NCBI GenBank assembly: GCA_047601445.1
Contig: JASGJH010000001.1
Coordinates: 1,184,001-1,248,000, forward strand
Origin: Myxococcales bacterium
GTDB taxonomy: Bacteria > Myxococcota_A > Polyangia > Polyangiales > DASUME01
DNA length: 64,000 bases
Direction of reading: 5' to 3'
Positions 39,532-51,234 of this stretch are shown one piece after another. The position numbers were made by a program, and so were the translations under genes. Below the pieces are notes generated by a model, which was not told where the DNA came from, searched no databases, and saw only the letters and a list, made by a program, of their open reading frames with translations. The number at the start of each line of letters is the position of its first letter. Positions within the stretch are counted from its first letter, which is position 1.

Positions 39532-40946
39532 TGCCAGCACGGATCCTCGTCGCGGACGATGAGGCCGGTTTGCGCGAGATGCTCGGGGTCTTGCTGCGTC
39601 GTGCGGGATACGAAGTGGAGCTGTTCGAAGGCTGCCGCGCAGCGCTCGCGCGCCTGCAGGAGACACCTGCGTTCGATCTGGTGATCACCGATCTCGCGAT
39701 GCCCGACGGCTCGGGTATGGAGCTCCTGGAGGCCGTCAAGAAGCGCGACGATGCACTGCAGGTGATCATGGTCACCGCGTTCGCTACCACGGAGCAGGCC
39801 GTGGAGGCGATGCGCCTGGGGGCCTACGACTACATTCAGAAGCCCTTCAAGAACTCGGAGCTCCTGGCGCAGATCGAGAAGGCCCTCGAGAAGCGCTCCA
39901 TCGTGCACGAGAACCGCGCCCTCAGGGCCCAGGTCTCGGGCACCTTTCGCTTCGGGAGTCTCATTGGCAAGGGCCAGAAGATGCAGGGCGTGATGGAGCT
40001 CGTGCGACGCGTGGCGAGCGGCCGCTCCAGCGTGTTGATCACGGGCGAGAGCGGCACGGGCAAGGAAGTCATCGCACGCGCCGTGCACGACGCGGGGGAC
40101 CGCGCCAAGCACCCCTTCATCACTGTGAACTGCGGCGCCCTTCCCGAGTCCCTGATGGAGAGCGAGCTGTTCGGCCATGAGAAAGGCGCTTTCACCGGGG
40201 CCAACACCAAGAAGGACGGCCTGTTCCGGGCCGCCCAGGGGGGCACGCTGTTCCTCGACGAGGTCGGCGAACTCCCCCTACCCCTGCAGGTGAAGCTTCT
40301 GCGGGTGCTCCAGGAGCGCAAAGTGCGTCCAGTGGGCGCACACCAGGAACTCGAGGTGGATGTGCGCGTGGTGGCCGCCACCAATCGCGACGTCGAGCAG
40401 GCCGTTCAGGACGGCACCTTTCGCCAGGACCTCTTCTATCGACTGAACGTGATCCGCATCAAGCTGCCCCCCTTGCGCGAGCGCCTGGAGGACGTACCGA
40501 TGTTGGCAGCCCATTTCTTGCAAAAGCATTCGGCGTTCGAGGGCAAGAGGCTCAGTTTCTCGCCAGAGGCATTGCAGTGGATCGTCCAGCAGCAGTATCC
40601 GGGCAACGTGCGCGAGCTCGAAAACGTGGTCGAGCGCGCCGTGGCGCTGGCAAGCGAGCCATTCGTGGTGCGTCGCGATGTTCAGAGCAGCGCCTATTTT
40701 CAGCCCGTGGCGATGGAGCCGGAGCCGCTGCAGGTGCTGCCGCCCGAGGGGCTAGACCTCGATCAAGTGCTGGGAAACCTGGAAAAAAGTTTGCTCGTGC
40801 AGGCCCTCGAACGCACCGGGGGCAACCGCACCAGCGCGGCCAAACTACTCGGCACCACATTCCGCTCCCTACGCTACCGGCTCGCCAAGTACGGCCTGGG
40901 AGAGGATCCAAATTCGCCGCTCGGAGAGGAACCGGGCGAAACTTAA
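39531..40946 (+). CDS. pilR: Sigma54-dependent response regulator (PilR/NtrC family)
   Basis: Receiver, GESGTGKE, GAFTGA, Fis-type HTH FRSLRYRL; directly upstream of pilins. Confidence 0.9.
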   Translation: MPARILVADDEAGLREMLGVLLRRAGYEVELFEGCRAALARLQETPAFDLVITDLAMPDGSGMELLEAVKKRDDALQVIMVTAFATTEQAVEAMRLGAYDYIQKPFKNSELLAQIEKALEKRSIVHENRALRAQVSGTFRFGSLIGKGQKMQGVMELVRRVASGRSSVLITGESGTGKEVIARAVHDAGDRAKHPFITVNCGALPESLMESELFGHEKGAFTGANTKKDGLFRAAQGGTLFLDEVGELPLPLQVKLLRVLQERKVRPVGAHQELEVDVRVVAATNRDVEQAVQDGTFRQDLFYRLNVIRIKLPPLRERLEDVPMLAAHFLQKHSAFEGKRLSFSPEALQWIVQQQYPGNVRELENVVERAVALASEPFVVRRDVQSSAYFQPVAMEPEPLQVLPPEGLDLDQVLGNLEKSLLVQALERTGGNRTSAAKLLGTTFRSLRYRLAKYGLGEDPNSPLGEEPGET

Positions 40947-40995
40947 GACAACCCGCGCGCGGCCTCCTCGCCGTGGGCGATGGACGGGGCCTGCA

Positions 40996-41547
40996 ATGCA
41001 TCATCGACAGCTGAGTTCGAACATCTCCCAGGCCGACGCGCGGCGCCGCGCGGAAGGCTTCACGTTGATCGAGATGATGGTGGTGGTGGCCATCATCGGC
41101 ATCTTGGCCGGCATCGCCATCCCCAAGTACATCGGCTACTTGTACCGCGCGAAGACCACCGAAGCGGTGGGGTTCCTGGCCGACATCAAGGGGCGGCAGG
41201 AGGCCTACAAGAGCGAGTACTATCAGTACTGCAATGTCTCCAAGGACGACGATGACTACTACCCCACGGGTAATCCCATCGCGACACCGCGCTCCTGGGG
41301 CAACGGCACAGCAGGCTGGCGGTCGCTAGGCCTCTCGCCGCCCGGAGGCGCGGTGCGCTTCGTCTATCAATCCATCGCCGGGGCTCCGGGCACCAAGCCC
41401 GCGGGCGATCTGGGATACGACGGGACCGACTTCTGGTTCATCTCTCGCGCCAAGGCCGACCTCGACGCCGATGGCACCTTTGTGACGTTCGAGAGCTACA
41501 GCCACCGCGCGGCGCTCTACATCGACCAGGACCGGGGCTGGGAGTAG
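40996..41547 (+). CDS. Type IV pilin-like protein 1
   Basis: G|FTLIEMMVVVAIIGILAGIAIP prepilin motif. Confidence 0.9.
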   Translation: MHHRQLSSNISQADARRRAEGFTLIEMMVVVAIIGILAGIAIPKYIGYLYRAKTTEAVGFLADIKGRQEAYKSEYYQYCNVSKDDDDYYPTGNPIATPRSWGNGTAGWRSLGLSPPGGAVRFVYQSIAGAPGTKPAGDLGYDGTDFWFISRAKADLDADGTFVTFESYSHRAALYIDQDRGWE

Positions 41548-41661
41548 CGACTGACAATTCTCGGCACCCCTCGGCAGCTCGGGGTGACCAAAAGCGCCTT
41601 GAAGCTCGTTGGATTGGGCGCTGCTTCACAGAAACTCCAGGCCCTGCTGCTCAAACCCGCC

Positions 41662-41677
41662 TGGCACGACCGCTGCA
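41662..41677 (+). promoter_or_regulatory. Sigma54 -24/-12 promoter of pilin 2
   Basis: TGGCACGACCGCTGCA, GG-N10-GC. Confidence 0.8.
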
Positions 41678-41779
41678 ATAGACCCAATCACGAAGAACGC
41701 AGCAACGAAAGTTCACTCGGTCATCTTGAGGTGGCTGGTTGGTACGTATGGCGGGCATCCGCCGAAAAGGGGAATGGAC

Positions 41780-42352
41780 ATGCGCAAAGCAATCAACAAG
41801 AAGTCTGGTTTCACGCTCATCGAGCTCATGATCGTAGTCGCGATCCTCGGCATCCTGGCCGCCATCGCCATCCCCGCCTTCGTCACCTACGTGCGTCGCT
41901 CCAAGACGGCCGAGGCGAGCGAGCAGCTCAAGGCGTTGTTCAACGGCGCCAGCGTCTACTACACGAAGGAGCGCCCCTCCGCGACGCTCGGCGACGGCAG
42001 CACCCTGGTGCACTGCGTGACCACGGAAGGTAAGGGCCAGATCACGCTGCCCGCCGCCGAGAAGCAGAAGCCGCTCGACAGCGCCATCGAACAGGTCAAC
42101 ACGAACCCCTACTACATGCTCGGCTTCCGCATCGACAGCGCGTACTACCAGTACCTGGTCAAGCCCACCGCCACGTCGTCCACGGGCTGCAGCAACACGC
42201 CCACCACCGCGAAGGATGCCTACACGCTCAACGCGATCGGCGACCTCGACGGCGACACCACCTACTCGACCTTCACCCTGCTCGTGGGTGCCAACAGCGA
42301 CAACGAGCTGTACCACAGCGCTGGCGTGGCCATCGAGAAGGAAACCGAGTGA
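41780..42352 (+). CDS. pilA: Type IV pilin 2, probable major pilin
   Basis: [23 protein letters not shown]; strong codon bias; own sigma54 promoter and terminator. Confidence 0.9.
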   Translation: MRKAINKKSGFTLIELMIVVAILGILAAIAIPAFVTYVRRSKTAEASEQLKALFNGASVYYTKERPSATLGDGSTLVHCVTTEGKGQITLPAAEKQKPLDSAIEQVNTNPYYMLGFRIDSAYYQYLVKPTATSSTGCSNTPTTAKDAYTLNAIGDLDGDTTYSTFTLLVGANSDNELYHSAGVAIEKETE

Positions 42353-42381
42353 TTTGAGCTGAGTCTACTGGGGGGATTGAG

Positions 42382-42420
42382 GGGCGCTGCAACCGGGGGG
42401 TCGCAGCGCCTTTCGCTTTT
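42382..42420 (+). terminator. Rho-independent terminator after pilA
   Basis: GGCGCTGCAACC-ggg-GGTCGCAGCGCC hairpin followed by TTTCGCTTTT. Confidence 0.75.
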
Positions 42421-42460
42421 AACCCTGCCCACAATAGATTGGCAGTCTGCAGAATGGTCC

Positions 42461-42476
42461 TGGCACAGAGTCTGCA
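42461..42476 (+). promoter_or_regulatory. Sigma54 -24/-12 promoter of pilin 3
   Basis: TGGCACAGAGTCTGCA, GG-N10-GC. Confidence 0.75.
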
Positions 42477-42539
42477 GACTCCCTAAAAATGGGACTCCCG
42501 ATCTGACGGCGGCAACTCTTACTTAGGGCAAGCGCACGC

Positions 42540-43115
42540 ATGCAGGACGCGTCGAAAAGAGAAGCTGGCTTCACGCTCATCGAGCTCATGATCGTGGTGG
42601 CGATCCTCGGCATCTTGGCGGCCATCGCCATCCCGGCCTTCGGATCGTACTTGCGACGTTCGAAGACAGCCGAGGCTGGCGAGCTCCTCAAGGGGCTCTT
42701 CAACGGCGCCAGCAGCTACTACGTGAAGGAACGCCACGAGGCGGTGCTCCACGGCTCGCCCATCCTCAACTGCCTCGTGCCCACGGCCATCCCTTCGTTC
42801 GGCACGGGAGGCGACCCGAAGGCGAGCAAACAGACGGGCTCCTACGACGACAGCTTCCAGGCGCTCGGCATGTCCACGCCTACCACGTACTTCAACTACG
42901 GCATCACGAATACGGCCGGTGCCTCCGCCAGCGGGGGCAACTGCGGTCACACCGCGAAGACCGCCGGCAGCGCCAGCGGTGCCTACTTGTTCACGGCTGT
43001 TGGCGACCTCGACGACGACGACACCAACTCGCTCTTCCAGCTGGCGGTGGGAGCCAACGAGGAGAACGAGCTCTACCATTCCGCCGGCGTCGCGAGCACC
43101 CAAGAGACGGAGTGA
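42540..43115 (+). CDS. Type IV pilin 3 (close paralog of pilin 2)
   Basis: Identical hydrophobic helix; shared C-terminus [13 protein letters not shown]...ETE. Confidence 0.9.
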   Translation: MQDASKREAGFTLIELMIVVAILGILAAIAIPAFGSYLRRSKTAEAGELLKGLFNGASSYYVKERHEAVLHGSPILNCLVPTAIPSFGTGGDPKASKQTGSYDDSFQALGMSTPTTYFNYGITNTAGASASGGNCGHTAKTAGSASGAYLFTAVGDLDDDDTNSLFQLAVGANEENELYHSAGVASTQETE

Positions 43116-43192
43116 GGCGCCCGGGCGAGAGGCGCACTTTCCTGCGTCGAATTGCCCATTTGCCTGGGGTGATGGGTTAAACTGAGCACCTC

Positions 43193-44083
43193 ATGCTGAA
43201 GCGGGCAGCCGTGGTGTTGGCGCTAGGTGGAATCGCGCTGTTGGCGCGCACCACGCGGCTTGCGGCTTTCGAGGAACACCAGGCCCACGAGCGCTACGAG
43301 GACGTCTACTACCTGCCGCCGGCGAACTGGCTGCCTGCCGTGAGCCTCGGCTACACGAGCGCGGCGGCGGACCTCCTGTGGTGCCGGTCCCTGGTGTACT
43401 TCGGCGAAGAGATCGGCCAGCGCGGCAACGTGCGCCACCTATTTCAGTACATGGACGCGGTGATCGCCCTCGATCCCACGTTCCGTGCCGCCTACCGCTG
43501 GGCGGCCACGGGCATCATCTACCGACCCGTTCCGCCCACCATCGACGAAGTCACTCGCGGCGCCGACTACCTGCGTCGAGCGGTGGAGCGCTGGCCCAAC
43601 GACGGCGAACTGCGCTGGGATCTCGGCTCCTATTTGCGCTTCGAGCTCGCACCCATGGTGAAGAACGACCCGGCCCGCAAGGACCGGCTACTGCTCGAGG
43701 CCGCGCCCCACCTTCACGTGGCGGGCATCAAGGGCGCCGGCCCACCTTGGCTCGCGCTCAACAACGCCACCCTGCTCTCGCGGCTCGGTAAGAAGGAGCA
43801 AGCCATCCGTCAGCTCGAGGAGGTCTACGCCACTGTGAGCGACGAAGAGACCCGCTCGGACATCATGGCCAAGCTCACGCAGCTGCGCTCCGAGAGCTAT
43901 GCGGAGGCCGTCCAGGTAGCCGTCGAGCAGTTCGAGCGTGAACGCGAGGCGAGCTTCCCCTATATGTCCCCGGACTTGTTCCTCCTGCTGGGCCCCAAGG
44001 TGAGCCCCGGGTACCCGGCCGCCATCGCGGAACACTTCGCGCCGCCCGACATGCGGAGCCCGGCCTCCGGCGAGGATATGTGA
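43193..44083 (+). CDS. PilG/XapA-like TPR-type pilus accessory protein
   Basis: N-terminal signal, ADLLW.R...YFG, LDP.F..AY helical repeats; position downstream of pilins. Confidence 0.65.
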   Translation: MLKRAAVVLALGGIALLARTTRLAAFEEHQAHERYEDVYYLPPANWLPAVSLGYTSAAADLLWCRSLVYFGEEIGQRGNVRHLFQYMDAVIALDPTFRAAYRWAATGIIYRPVPPTIDEVTRGADYLRRAVERWPNDGELRWDLGSYLRFELAPMVKNDPARKDRLLLEAAPHLHVAGIKGAGPPWLALNNATLLSRLGKKEQAIRQLEEVYATVSDEETRSDIMAKLTQLRSESYAEAVQVAVEQFEREREASFPYMSPDLFLLLGPKVSPGYPAAIAEHFAPPDMRSPASGEDM

Positions 44084-45654
44084 GCGAGGAGGGCCGAGCC
44101 GCCGGGGCGCCTTCATCGAAGCAAGCCATGGTCTGGCGCTGGTTGCGTCTGCCGTTGGTGCTGCTCGCGGTGACTCTCGCTACCCTACCCGCTCTGCACA
44201 ACGAGTTCGTCTGGGATGACCTGGCGTTGATCGTCGAGAGCGACTTCATCTACGACCCTGCGAACCTCGGGCACGTGTTCGGCGTGGACACCATGTTCGC
44301 AGCCGACGGCGGTAAGTTCCAGGCGCAGGCGCAGCTCGACACCTATCGGCCCGTGACCATCGCGACGTTCTTCCTGGACGCATCGATGGCGGGCAAGGAG
44401 CCGTTTTTCTTTCACCTGAACAACATGCTGGCGCACCTGATCTGCGTCGCGCTGGTGTATTTCCTGGCGCTGCGCCTCTTGCCTGAGACCCGTCGCACGG
44501 CCGCTGTGTGGGCGGCCCTGTGGTTCGGCCTCCATCCATTGCTCGGTGAGGCGCACGTCTGGATCAACGGCCGCAGCGATCTCTGGTGCACGTTGTTCGG
44601 CTTGAGCGGCATCCTCGTGTGGCTCCGCGCCCGCGGAACCTCCCCGGGCGGGCGCAGTGCACTCCTGCATGGCGTCAGCGCGCTCTTGTTCTTGCTCGGC
44701 TTGTTGAGCAAGGAGACGTTGCTGCCTGCGCTCGCGGTCTTCTGGCTGTGGGATCTCGGCGTGTTCGTGCGCCCGCTCAAGGAGCTCGAGCGTTCGCGAA
44801 CGGTGCTGCTGCGCACGCTCGCCATCTGGTTGCCGGTTGGCCTGTATTTGGCGCTGCGCGGCCGCGCGCTGCAGGGCATGCACGTGAGCGCCGGCGGGAC
44901 CCAGCTGGGGTTGGCACTCGAACGCTTGCCGGTGCTCATCTTGGACGGCCTGGTCAGCGCGCTCGCGCCCACCATGGTGATGCCTCGCTATCTCGCCGAG
45001 GAGTACGCACGACTATCCCCGCCTCAACTGTTCGCCTGTGCCGCCGCGCTGGCTGCATTCGGCGCCCTGGTCTGGCTTCGACGCCAGCACTGGCCGCTCG
45101 GCGCCTTCGCCGCCACCTGGTTCACGGCGGTCCTGGGCCCGGCCTGTTTGATCGCCACGCTGCAGTGGTACGGCTTCAATCGGTACCTGTACTTGCCACT
45201 CACCTTGCTTTCCATCGCCCTGGCCGACGCCCTCGGCTTCGCGTTCGAGGGCCTGCGCGCACGCACTTCACCGACCGTGGTCCGCATGTGCCAGGTCAGC
45301 GTGGGGCTCTATCTGCTGATGTTTGGCGTTCGCCTGCTCGACAGCGTGAACCACTGGAACGGGTCGATCCCCTTCTACAGCCAGATCATCGCCGAGCAGC
45401 CACAGGCCTCCCATGGCTACGGCGGTCTCGGCAAGCTACTGGTCGAGCAGGGGCGTCCTGACCTCGCGCTCGAGCCGCTGCAACGCGCGGTTGAGCTCAA
45501 CGCTGGCGACTCGCGTTACCTCAACAATCTCGGGATTGCCTATCTGCGTTTGGGACGCGGCAAGGATGCCTTCGCCATCGCCAAGCGCGGGCAGCGGCTG
45601 TTCCCCGATTTGCCAAAGTTCGTGCGCCTGGAGCAGCAGGCTTCCCAGCTCTGA
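44080..45654 (+). CDS. TMTC-like GT-C glycosyltransferase with C-terminal TPR
   Basis: EFVWDD, YRPVT, FHLNNMLAH, HPLLGEAHVWINGRSDL, LLSKE, RYLYLP; many TMs; GTGA overlap. Confidence 0.82.
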   Translation: MSEEGRAAGAPSSKQAMVWRWLRLPLVLLAVTLATLPALHNEFVWDDLALIVESDFIYDPANLGHVFGVDTMFAADGGKFQAQAQLDTYRPVTIATFFLDASMAGKEPFFFHLNNMLAHLICVALVYFLALRLLPETRRTAAVWAALWFGLHPLLGEAHVWINGRSDLWCTLFGLSGILVWLRARGTSPGGRSALLHGVSALLFLLGLLSKETLLPALAVFWLWDLGVFVRPLKELERSRTVLLRTLAIWLPVGLYLALRGRALQGMHVSAGGTQLGLALERLPVLILDGLVSALAPTMVMPRYLAEEYARLSPPQLFACAAALAAFGALVWLRRQHWPLGAFAATWFTAVLGPACLIATLQWYGFNRYLYLPLTLLSIALADALGFAFEGLRARTSPTVVRMCQVSVGLYLLMFGVRLLDSVNHWNGSIPFYSQIIAEQPQASHGYGGLGKLLVEQGRPDLALEPLQRAVELNAGDSRYLNNLGIAYLRLGRGKDAFAIAKRGQRLFPDLPKFVRLEQQASQL

Positions 45655-45676
45655 AGCTGGGAGCGGACGTGCCCTT

Positions 45677-46507
45677 TCAGGGCGTTCCCACCGGATCGAC
45701 CACGCCGTAGAGCGGAATGGCAGGCGGGGCGGGCTCCTTGACCAGCTTGTCGGGTAACAGCCCCGCCAAGTCGCCGATGACGACGTCGTGCTCGTCCGTG
45801 AACACGGCTTCGCGACCGTAGAAGGTGTACACGCGCACGGGCCCGAGCACGTCGTGCACCATGTCGTCCTCACGGCGTAGGGTCACCAGCCCAATCTTCT
45901 CCAGCCCGCGCACGTCGATGGCCAGCTCGCGGACCTTCTCGCCCACCTTGAGCTTGGCGCGCTTGATCCACATGGAGATCAAGCCACGACCTGGACCGAT
46001 GACGACCACCGGGTGTCCGCCCTTGAGCAGCTCGAAGTCGATCGCACCCGACATCTGCCGGCGCTTCATGCTCACCGGATCCGTGCGCAGGTCGTAGCGC
46101 CGGATGTCGGCCTTCTCGCCCGCGTCGGGCAGTCCGGGCAGCGTCATGCGCTTCCAGATCCGGAGCGGCATCATGTCCTTGTCGTAGAGCACCTCGACGT
46201 CCGCCGTGCCCATGGGCCACTCCTGGCGCACGCTCACCGCGAACAGGCAGTCCCGCCGCTGGATGCTGTAGCGCTCGACGATGCCCTTGTCGGTGTGGGC
46301 GGGTCCCGAGCGCAGGTGTTGCTCCGCCACCAGCTCATCCGAGGCCGCGCCGGTGCTGCCGGGGCAAGTCGGATAGCCGAGCTCCTCCACCTTCTCCACG
46401 GGGACATGCTTGCGCTCGAAGCGCTTGCAGCCCGCCAGCGACCCGCTCAGCCCAAAACAAAAAGCCACCCCGAGAACGAGGTGGCCCCTGTGTGCATGCT
46501 TGAACAT
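45677..46507 (-). CDS. Hypothetical lipoprotein at the end of the cox operon
   Basis: LAGC lipobox; strong codon bias. Confidence 0.75.
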   Translation of the reverse strand: MFKHAHRGHLVLGVAFCFGLSGSLAGCKRFERKHVPVEKVEELGYPTCPGSTGAASDELVAEQHLRSGPAHTDKGIVERYSIQRRDCLFAVSVRQEWPMGTADVEVLYDKDMMPLRIWKRMTLPGLPDAGEKADIRRYDLRTDPVSMKRRQMSGAIDFELLKGGHPVVVIGPGRGLISMWIKRAKLKVGEKVRELAIDVRGLEKIGLVTLRREDDMVHDVLGPVRVYTFYGREAVFTDEHDVVIGDLAGLLPDKLVKEPAPPAIPLYGVVDPVGTP

Positions 46508-46518
46508 CACGCGAGCGC

Positions 46519-47004
46519 TCAGTGGTGCTCTGCGCCGTGTCCTTCGCCGTGCTCCGCGCCGTGTCCTTCGCCGTGTCCACCCTGGACGTGGATCTCCTGG
46601 AACAGGCCACGACCGGGCGCTTCCACGCCGTCGTCCGAGACCTCAGTGCCGTAGGCCTTGTCCCACTGACCGCGGTGCTGCGTGTCGTTCATCGTGTACA
46701 CGAAGAACACGCCCATGAAGAGCAGTGCGCCCACGAAGATGAGCACGTTGAAGCGGTTATCGTCCTTCAAATGCATGAAGAACATGGCCACCAGGCTGGC
46801 CTTGATGGTGGCGATGGCAACCGCCACGAAGAAGTTCCACTCCCCCAGGTGAACCTGCGCCACACCGATGGTGAGCAGCGTGAAGAACACCAGGGCGGCG
46901 AAGATCTTGTAGTAGGTCGAGGCGGGGTGTACATGCACGTGCACCAGGCCGTCGTCCGGAGCGTTGACGTGGTCGTGGCTGAGATGGTCGTTGTGTCCGC
47001 TCAT
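46519..47004 (-). CDS. coxD: Cytochrome c oxidase subunit IV
   Basis: IATIKASLVAMFFMHLK. Confidence 0.9.
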   Translation of the reverse strand: MSGHNDHLSHDHVNAPDDGLVHVHVHPASTYYKIFAALVFFTLLTIGVAQVHLGEWNFFVAVAIATIKASLVAMFFMHLKDDNRFNVLIFVGALLFMGVFFVYTMNDTQHRGQWDKAYGTEVSDDGVEAPGRGLFQEIHVQGGHGEGHGAEHGEGHGAEHH

Positions 47005-47011
47005 GGCTGCC

Positions 47012-47704
47012 TCAGTCGATCAGGTACAGGAAGGGGAACAGGTAGATCCAGATCAAGTCCACCAAATGCCAGTAAAGGGCAGAGAGGTCGACCGGGGTCC
47101 AGAAGTCCTTGGTGAACTCGCCGCTCTCGTTGCGACGCCAGATCCACAGCAGCACGCCGATGCCCACGATGACGTGGACGCCGTGGACGCCGGTGGCCAT
47201 GAAGTAGATGGAGAAGAACGAAGCCGAGCCGGGCGGGAACACGCTGGCGACGGTGTGTCCGGCCACCGGGGCGAAGAACTGCCCAGGCAGAAGACCCGCG
47301 TGGAACTTGTGGCTGTACTCGAAGTACTTGACCACCAAGAAGATGCAGGCACACGCCACGGTGATGAGTAGGAACGCGCTGGTCTTGCCCTTCTCACCGA
47401 GCTGCGCGGAGCGCACCGCGAGCACCGCGGTCAAGCTGCTGAAAAGCAGCACGAGCGTGTTGAGACCGCCCATCTTCCAGTCGAGCTCGTGCGAACAGAC
47501 CGACCAGGCTTCCGGGTACCACATACGGAAGACGAGATAGGCGACGAAGAGACCCGAGAAGAACAGGAGCTCCTGTGCCAGGAAGAGCCACATGCCCAAC
47601 TTGGCCGCGTCGAACTGCTGCGCGGGGGTTTCGAAGTGGTGCGCGAGATAGGCCGGGCCGTGGTGGCCGTGGGCGTCTCCGTGACCGTGTGCTGCTTCAC
47701 TCAT
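47012..47704 (-). CDS. coxC: Cytochrome c oxidase subunit III
   Basis: LGMWLFLAQE, TGVHGVHV, YWHLVDLIW. Confidence 0.95.
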   Translation of the reverse strand: MSEAAHGHGDAHGHHGPAYLAHHFETPAQQFDAAKLGMWLFLAQELLFFSGLFVAYLVFRMWYPEAWSVCSHELDWKMGGLNTLVLLFSSLTAVLAVRSAQLGEKGKTSAFLLITVACACIFLVVKYFEYSHKFHAGLLPGQFFAPVAGHTVASVFPPGSASFFSIYFMATGVHGVHVIVGIGVLLWIWRRNESGEFTKDFWTPVDLSALYWHLVDLIWIYLFPFLYLID

Positions 47705-47734
47705 GGGTAGATGCTCCGGGTTCGGTCACTCAGG

Positions 47735-49363
<1,629 letters not shown>

Positions 49364-49376
49364 GTTGGTGCTCCCA

Positions 49377-50351
49377 CTACTTGAGCGACTTGATGTATTC
49401 GATGAGGGCGTCGATCTTCCAGTCCTTCATGACGAAGACCGGCATCGTGGCGCCCCCGAAGCCCTTGGTGATCTTGGCTTGCGGCTGCAGGATCGACTGG
49501 CGGATGTAGTTCTCGTCGACGACGTTGGTGCTGCCGTCCTCGAACGACTCCGTCTTGCCGAAGAGACCCTTGAAAGAGGGGCCCACCAGCTTCGAACCGT
49601 CCACCGTGTGACAGGTGTTGCAGGCGTTCTTCTTGTACAGCTCGGCTCCCACCTCGGCGAGCGGCTTGCCCTCGGGGGGCACGTCCTTGCCAGCGATGAA
49701 GGCCTGGTAATCCTCGGGCGACACCACGTGCACCTTCGCCAACATCTGCGAGTGGCTGGTGCCGCAGTACTCGGTGCAGAACAGGTCGAGGGGCTCACCC
49801 TCCACCTTGTTCGCAGCCTTGTTGTAGGTCGACGTCGTGGCCGTGGCCTCGAACCACACCGAGCTGTACATGCCGGGGACCACGTCGCGCTTGACGCGGA
49901 ACTCGGGGATGTAGAACGAGTGCAGCACGTCGAGCGACGACATCTGCATCTTCACGGGCAGCCCCACGGGCACCACGAGCTCGCCAGGCGTGGGCTCGGT
50001 GTCGCCAGGGTAGTAGAAGTCCCAGACCCACTGCTTGCCGCGGGCGCGGATCTCGATGGCCTTGTCCGGCGCCACCATGGCCTGCACGTAGCCCTTGAAC
50101 CCGTAGTGGAACATCGGGATGAGCAGGATGAGCGGGGCGAACGTCCAGAACAACTCCAGCACGTCGTGGTGACCGGGCGGCGTGGAATGGGGGTTCTTGT
50201 CGCGGCGATACTTGATCAGGAACCAGATGGCGGCTCCGATGATCGCCACGAAGAACACCACGCTCACCCAGAAGATGAAGTAGTACATGTTGTCGATGTC
50301 CGCGGCGAGCGTGGACATCTGGCGTGGGAGCTGAACGGTTGCTTCTTTCAT
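49377..50351 (-). CDS. coxB: Cytochrome c oxidase subunit II with fused cytochrome c (caa3-type)
   Basis: [18 protein letters not shown]uA site, CNTCH. Confidence 0.96.
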   Translation of the reverse strand: MKEATVQLPRQMSTLAADIDNMYYFIFWVSVVFFVAIIGAAIWFLIKYRRDKNPHSTPPGHHDVLELFWTFAPLILLIPMFHYGFKGYVQAMVAPDKAIEIRARGKQWVWDFYYPGDTEPTPGELVVPVGLPVKMQMSSLDVLHSFYIPEFRVKRDVVPGMYSSVWFEATATTSTYNKAANKVEGEPLDLFCTEYCGTSHSQMLAKVHVVSPEDYQAFIAGKDVPPEGKPLAEVGAELYKKNACNTCHTVDGSKLVGPSFKGLFGKTESFEDGSTNVVDENYIRQSILQPQAKITKGFGGATMPVFVMKDWKIDALIEYIKSLK

Positions 50352-50356
50352 GACCT

Positions 50357-51232
50357 TCAGACCTCGCGAACTTGAGGCTCGCTGGAGACGGATGGCTTGT
50401 TCGGCAGCGTGGTGGCGAGTCGCTTGGAACGCGCCTCACGTCGCCACATGACCAGCAGGAAAAAACCGAGCACGAAGACCGTGATCACGCCGCCGAGACG
50501 CATGACGTTTCGAGCGACGAGCACGTACTTGGCCCCGATGGGATCGTACATGTAGCAGTACAGGATGGCCTTCTCGATGGTGGAGATGCTGCGGCCCTGG
50601 GAGGCCTCGAGCAGACCGAGTCGGACGTCCTGTTGGGGAAACTCGAGCCCGTACAGATAGCGGGCCATCTCGCCGTTGGGCTTGGTGAGCATGAGCACCG
50701 CGGGGTGAGCGAACTGATCGTTGCGCTCGTCGTAGCGGTACTTGAAGCCAGTGGCCTCCGCGACCTTCTTGATGTTCGCGTCGTCACCGACCAAGAAGTC
50801 CCATCCCTCCGCGGACTTGCCGTACAAAGCCAGCATCTGCTTGCGCTTCTTGGCGGCGGTGGCCGGGGTGTCGCGCGAGTCGATGCTGATGGTGACCGCG
50901 CGGAACTCCTTACCCAGGGTCCAGGGCTGCTGCTTGAGGACTTCCACCTCGGCGCCCAGCACCATGCTGCACACGACCTTGCAGCCGTGATAGGCGAGCG
51001 TGAGGGCCACCGGACGCTTCCCGTCGAAGTAGTCCCCCAGACGCACCAGCTTGCCCGTGTGGTCGCGGAAGACCGCGTCCATGGGCAGCTTGTGGTCGAG
51101 CCGCTCGGTCACGTCCACCGCCTCGAGCTCGGCCGGCATGATGGCCGGCTGAGCACGCACGACGCCCGCCGTGAGCAGCACGCTCAGGCTCAGCAGCATC
51201 GCAAACGCGGATGAGGACAGGCGGCTCGACAT
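50357..51232 (-). CDS. SCO-family copper chaperone
   Basis: YHGCKVVC (CxxxC), FAHPA. Confidence 0.9.
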   Translation of the reverse strand: MSSRLSSSAFAMLLSLSVLLTAGVVRAQPAIMPAELEAVDVTERLDHKLPMDAVFRDHTGKLVRLGDYFDGKRPVALTLAYHGCKVVCSMVLGAEVEVLKQQPWTLGKEFRAVTISIDSRDTPATAAKKRKQMLALYGKSAEGWDFLVGDDANIKKVAEATGFKYRYDERNDQFAHPAVLMLTKPNGEMARYLYGLEFPQQDVRLGLLEASQGRSISTIEKAILYCYMYDPIGAKYVLVARNVMRLGGVITVFVLGFFLLVMWRREARSKRLATTLPNKPSVSSEPQVREV

Positions 51233-51234
51233 GA

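Noticed and set aside
40981..40995. Sigma54 promoter for pilin 1 (TGGACGGGGCCTGCA)
   Set aside because: GG-GC spacing is 9 rather than 10, and it abuts the start codon
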